Shown here: piece by piece, positions 60,674-64,000 of the stretch
How positions within the stretch are numbered: position 1 is the stretch's first letter
Layout: each line of letters starts with the position of its first letter
Source of the DNA: the human T2T-CHM13v2.0 reference genome, Homo sapiens
DNA: 64,000 bases
Strand: one strand, 5' to 3'
NCBI RefSeq assembly: GCF_009914755.1
Contig: NC_060934.1
Translations under genes and position numbers: made by a program
The notes under the pieces: model-generated
Database searches by the model: none
Seen by the model: only the letters and a program-made list of their open reading frames with translations
What the model was told of the DNA's origin: nothing

Positions 60674-61285
60674 TTAACTGTAAAACAGCCTCAGGCAGGC
60701 CCTTCAGGAGGAATTCCAGAAGAAGGCATTGCTATTATCAGAGATGACAGCTCCATGCGTGTTATTGCCCCTGAAGACCTTCCAGTGGGACAAGACATGG
60801 AGGTGGAAGACAGTGATATTGATGAGCCTTACCCTGTGCAGGCCTAGGTTAATGTGTGTGTTTGTGGCTTAGTTTTTAACAAAAATGTTTAGAAAGTAAA
60901 AATAAAAAATGAAAAATTTTAATAACAGGAAAAAGTTTATAGAATAGGATATAAAGAAAATATTTTCATACAGCTGTCCAATGTGTTTGTGTTTTAAGCT
61001 AAGTGTTATTACAAGAGTCAAAACTTTTTTTAAAAAGCGTATAAAGTAAAAAAGTAACAGTAAGCTAAGATTAATTTATTGTAGAAGAAAAAAATTTTAA
61101 AATAAATTTAGGGTGGCCTAAGTGTCCAGTGTTTATAAAGTCTACAGTAATGTAGAGTAATGTCCTAGGCCTTCACATTCACTCACCACTCACTTACTCA
61201 CTCACTCACCCAAAGCAACTTCCAGCCTTGCAAGCTCTGTTCATGGTAAGTGCCTTACACAAGTGCATCATTTTTTATTTTTTAC

Positions 61286-61956
<671 letters not shown>

Positions 61957-62766
61957 TTTTATACCATATTTTACTGTGTCTTTTCTATGTGAAGGTATGT
62001 TTAGATACATATTTTTAATGCTTACCATTGGTTCCGATTGCCTACAGTAGTCAGTACAGCAATCTACTGTACAGGTTTGTAGCCTAGGAGCAATAGGCTG
62101 CAGCATGCAGCCTCGGTATGCAGAAGGCTATGCCGTCTAGGTTTGTGTTAGTACACACTACGAGATTCGCACATGATGAAACTGCCTGATGATACACTTG
62201 CATTTCTTAGAGCACTTCCCTGCTGTTAAGCAACACATGGCTATATTCACCTTGCTCATGAGGACTGGCCTAGTGCCCTTGCAGAGCAATTAAAAATCCG
62301 GGGCCTGTGATAATGATCCAAAGCAAGTCAGAGCTCCAGATGCTTGAAAACTGTGCTTCTGCACACCTATTAAGTTTGGGGGCCATTACTTTGATAGCAG
62401 GTGTGCAGAGCCTGCGTCTAGTGTGTTACTGACCTCAGAAGTCCAGAGAGCCTCTGGGGATACCAGATCAGTTTCTGGAGTTATTCACATACTTGGAACA
62501 ACTGAGGATAAGAACAAGACTCTGGTGAGTAGGGCAGGTATAAAACCTCCCTGAAGATTCTGAAATACCAATTGCTGTGAAGTTGCAGTGCCTTACCAAA
62601 TGACCCCCAGGGCTCACAAGCAATCCCCAGGGCTCCCTGCTCACATTGCTGCAGTCTCCATCTCTACTTCTCCATACCTGGAGACTGAAGCTGGGCTTCC
62701 ATACCCATCTACAAATTGGTTCTACAGTGACTATACAGTTCTTTCTTTTTATAAATAGCATTTGTT

Positions 62767-63095
62767 GGCTGGATACAGCAGCTTATGCCTGTAATCCCAG
62801 CACTTTGGGAGACCGAGGTGGGAGGATTGCTTGAGCCCACGAGTTTGAGACCAGCCTGGGCAACATATTGAGACTCCGTGTCTATTAAAAATTTTGAAAA
62901 TTAGCCAGGCATGGTGGTGTGTGCCTGTAGTCCCAGCTACTTGGAAGGCCGAGGTGGGAGGATCACTCAAACCTAGGAGGTCAAGGCTGCATTGAGCTGA
63001 GATCATGCCACTGCACTTGGGCCTAGGTGACAGAGTGAAACCCTGTCTCAAAAAAGAAAAATATATATATATATACAAACACACACACACACATA
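62767..63095 (+). mobile_element. AluJ with (TA)n(CA)n tail
   Basis: TSD ATAGCATTTGTT. Confidence 0.9.
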
Positions 63096-63496
63096 TATAA
63101 ATATAGCATTTGTTGTTTTTCTTTAATAAGAAAGTAATACAGCTTCCCTGCAGAAAATCTAAGAAAAAGTGTAAAATAGAAAATAAGGGGCAATCAGGGA
63201 TAACTAATATTAACATTTGAATGTATGGCCTTCCAAACAAGTATTATACACATTTTTTAAAAAGGCATAATTCTGGACATGTGTTATAACCTGCATTTTC
63301 TACTGAACTTCTGTGTTCACCTTACCTTTTGTTAATAAATAAGACAATAATTTACCCCTTGGCCTTTCCCAGTGTGGCAGTGGATTTTGCCTGTGAAATA
63401 GAAACAGCCTGAAAGAATTCAAAATCCAGCTCCATCCGACTTAAACTTGAATATTAAGCAGTGCAAATGTTGCAAGAAGGAATTATCTTTAAAACA

Positions 63497-63672
63497 ACCA
63501 GGGACTGGTTTCGTGGAAGATGATTTTTCCACAGACCGGGGAGCGGGGGGTTTGAGATGAAACGATTCCACCTCAAATCATCAGACATTAGTTAGATTCT
63601 CACAAGAAGTGCGCAACCCTTGTATGCACAGTTCACAATAGGGTTCACGCTCCTATGAGAATCTAATGCTGC
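63497..63672 (+). mobile_element. MER1B fragment
   Basis: Contains accagggactggtttcgtggaaga...ttagttagattctca...gagaatctaatgctgctg. Confidence 0.85.
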
Positions 63673-63679
63673 TGTTAAT

Positions 63680-63885
63680 ATTTATTGAATGCTTATTCTA
63701 TGCCAGACACTATGCCAGAAACGATACAAATGTTATTTGGTTAAATGCCTGCAATGACCCTGTGTGACAGCACCACCACCCTTATTTACAAATGACACTG
63801 TAGCTTAGAGGGGTCCAGGAACTTGCATCTTTGCAAGCTGTGAGACTCAGTGCCAGGTCCCCTGGCCCTGGCCCTGAAGGTCATG
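63680..63885 (-). mobile_element. MIR
   Basis: Contains atttattgaatgcttattctatgccagacact...tttacaaatgacactg. Confidence 0.65.
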
Positions 63886-64000
63886 TTTTTAACCCCTGCA
63901 TGGCATTATCCAAGTAACCTCTGTCAATAAAGCCACCTGCAAAGACCATGGCAAGGCTTAATGCATTGTATATATAGAAAGCCTATGGCAACAGAACCTA

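Overview
This is human (primate) genomic DNA, dense in repeats, not a microbial locus. The only supportable protein-coding content is the 3' end of MKX (Mohawk homeobox, TALE class) on the minus strand. It comprises a 34-nt penultimate coding exon (54254-54287), a 105-nt terminal intron, the last coding exon (53962-54148, ending ...VKVPLVQQF*) and a ~2.35 kb AU-rich 3'UTR ending near 51610. Bases 54288-64000 are MKX intron and 1-51600 is downstream intergenic sequence. The rest is about 30 Alus (one is a near-pristine AluYb8), L1/L2/L3/MIR fragments, MaLR/ERV solo LTRs and Tigger/hAT DNA transposons, often nested. The other listed ORFs are repeat-derived or chance. I found no evidence of a new multi-gene system. 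The best second-look items are: (1) a ~296-bp insertion with the hallmarks of an orphan, possibly serial, L1-mediated 3' transduction (23758-24053); (2) a perfect CTCF core next to a (GT)30 microsatellite; (3) MKX 3' splicing and polyadenylation architecture that could give NMD-escaping isoforms without the C-terminal repressor motif; (4) a template-switch-like inverted-repeat scar; (5) the young AluYb8. Repeat family names come from recalled consensus sequences, and boundaries of old elements are approximate.
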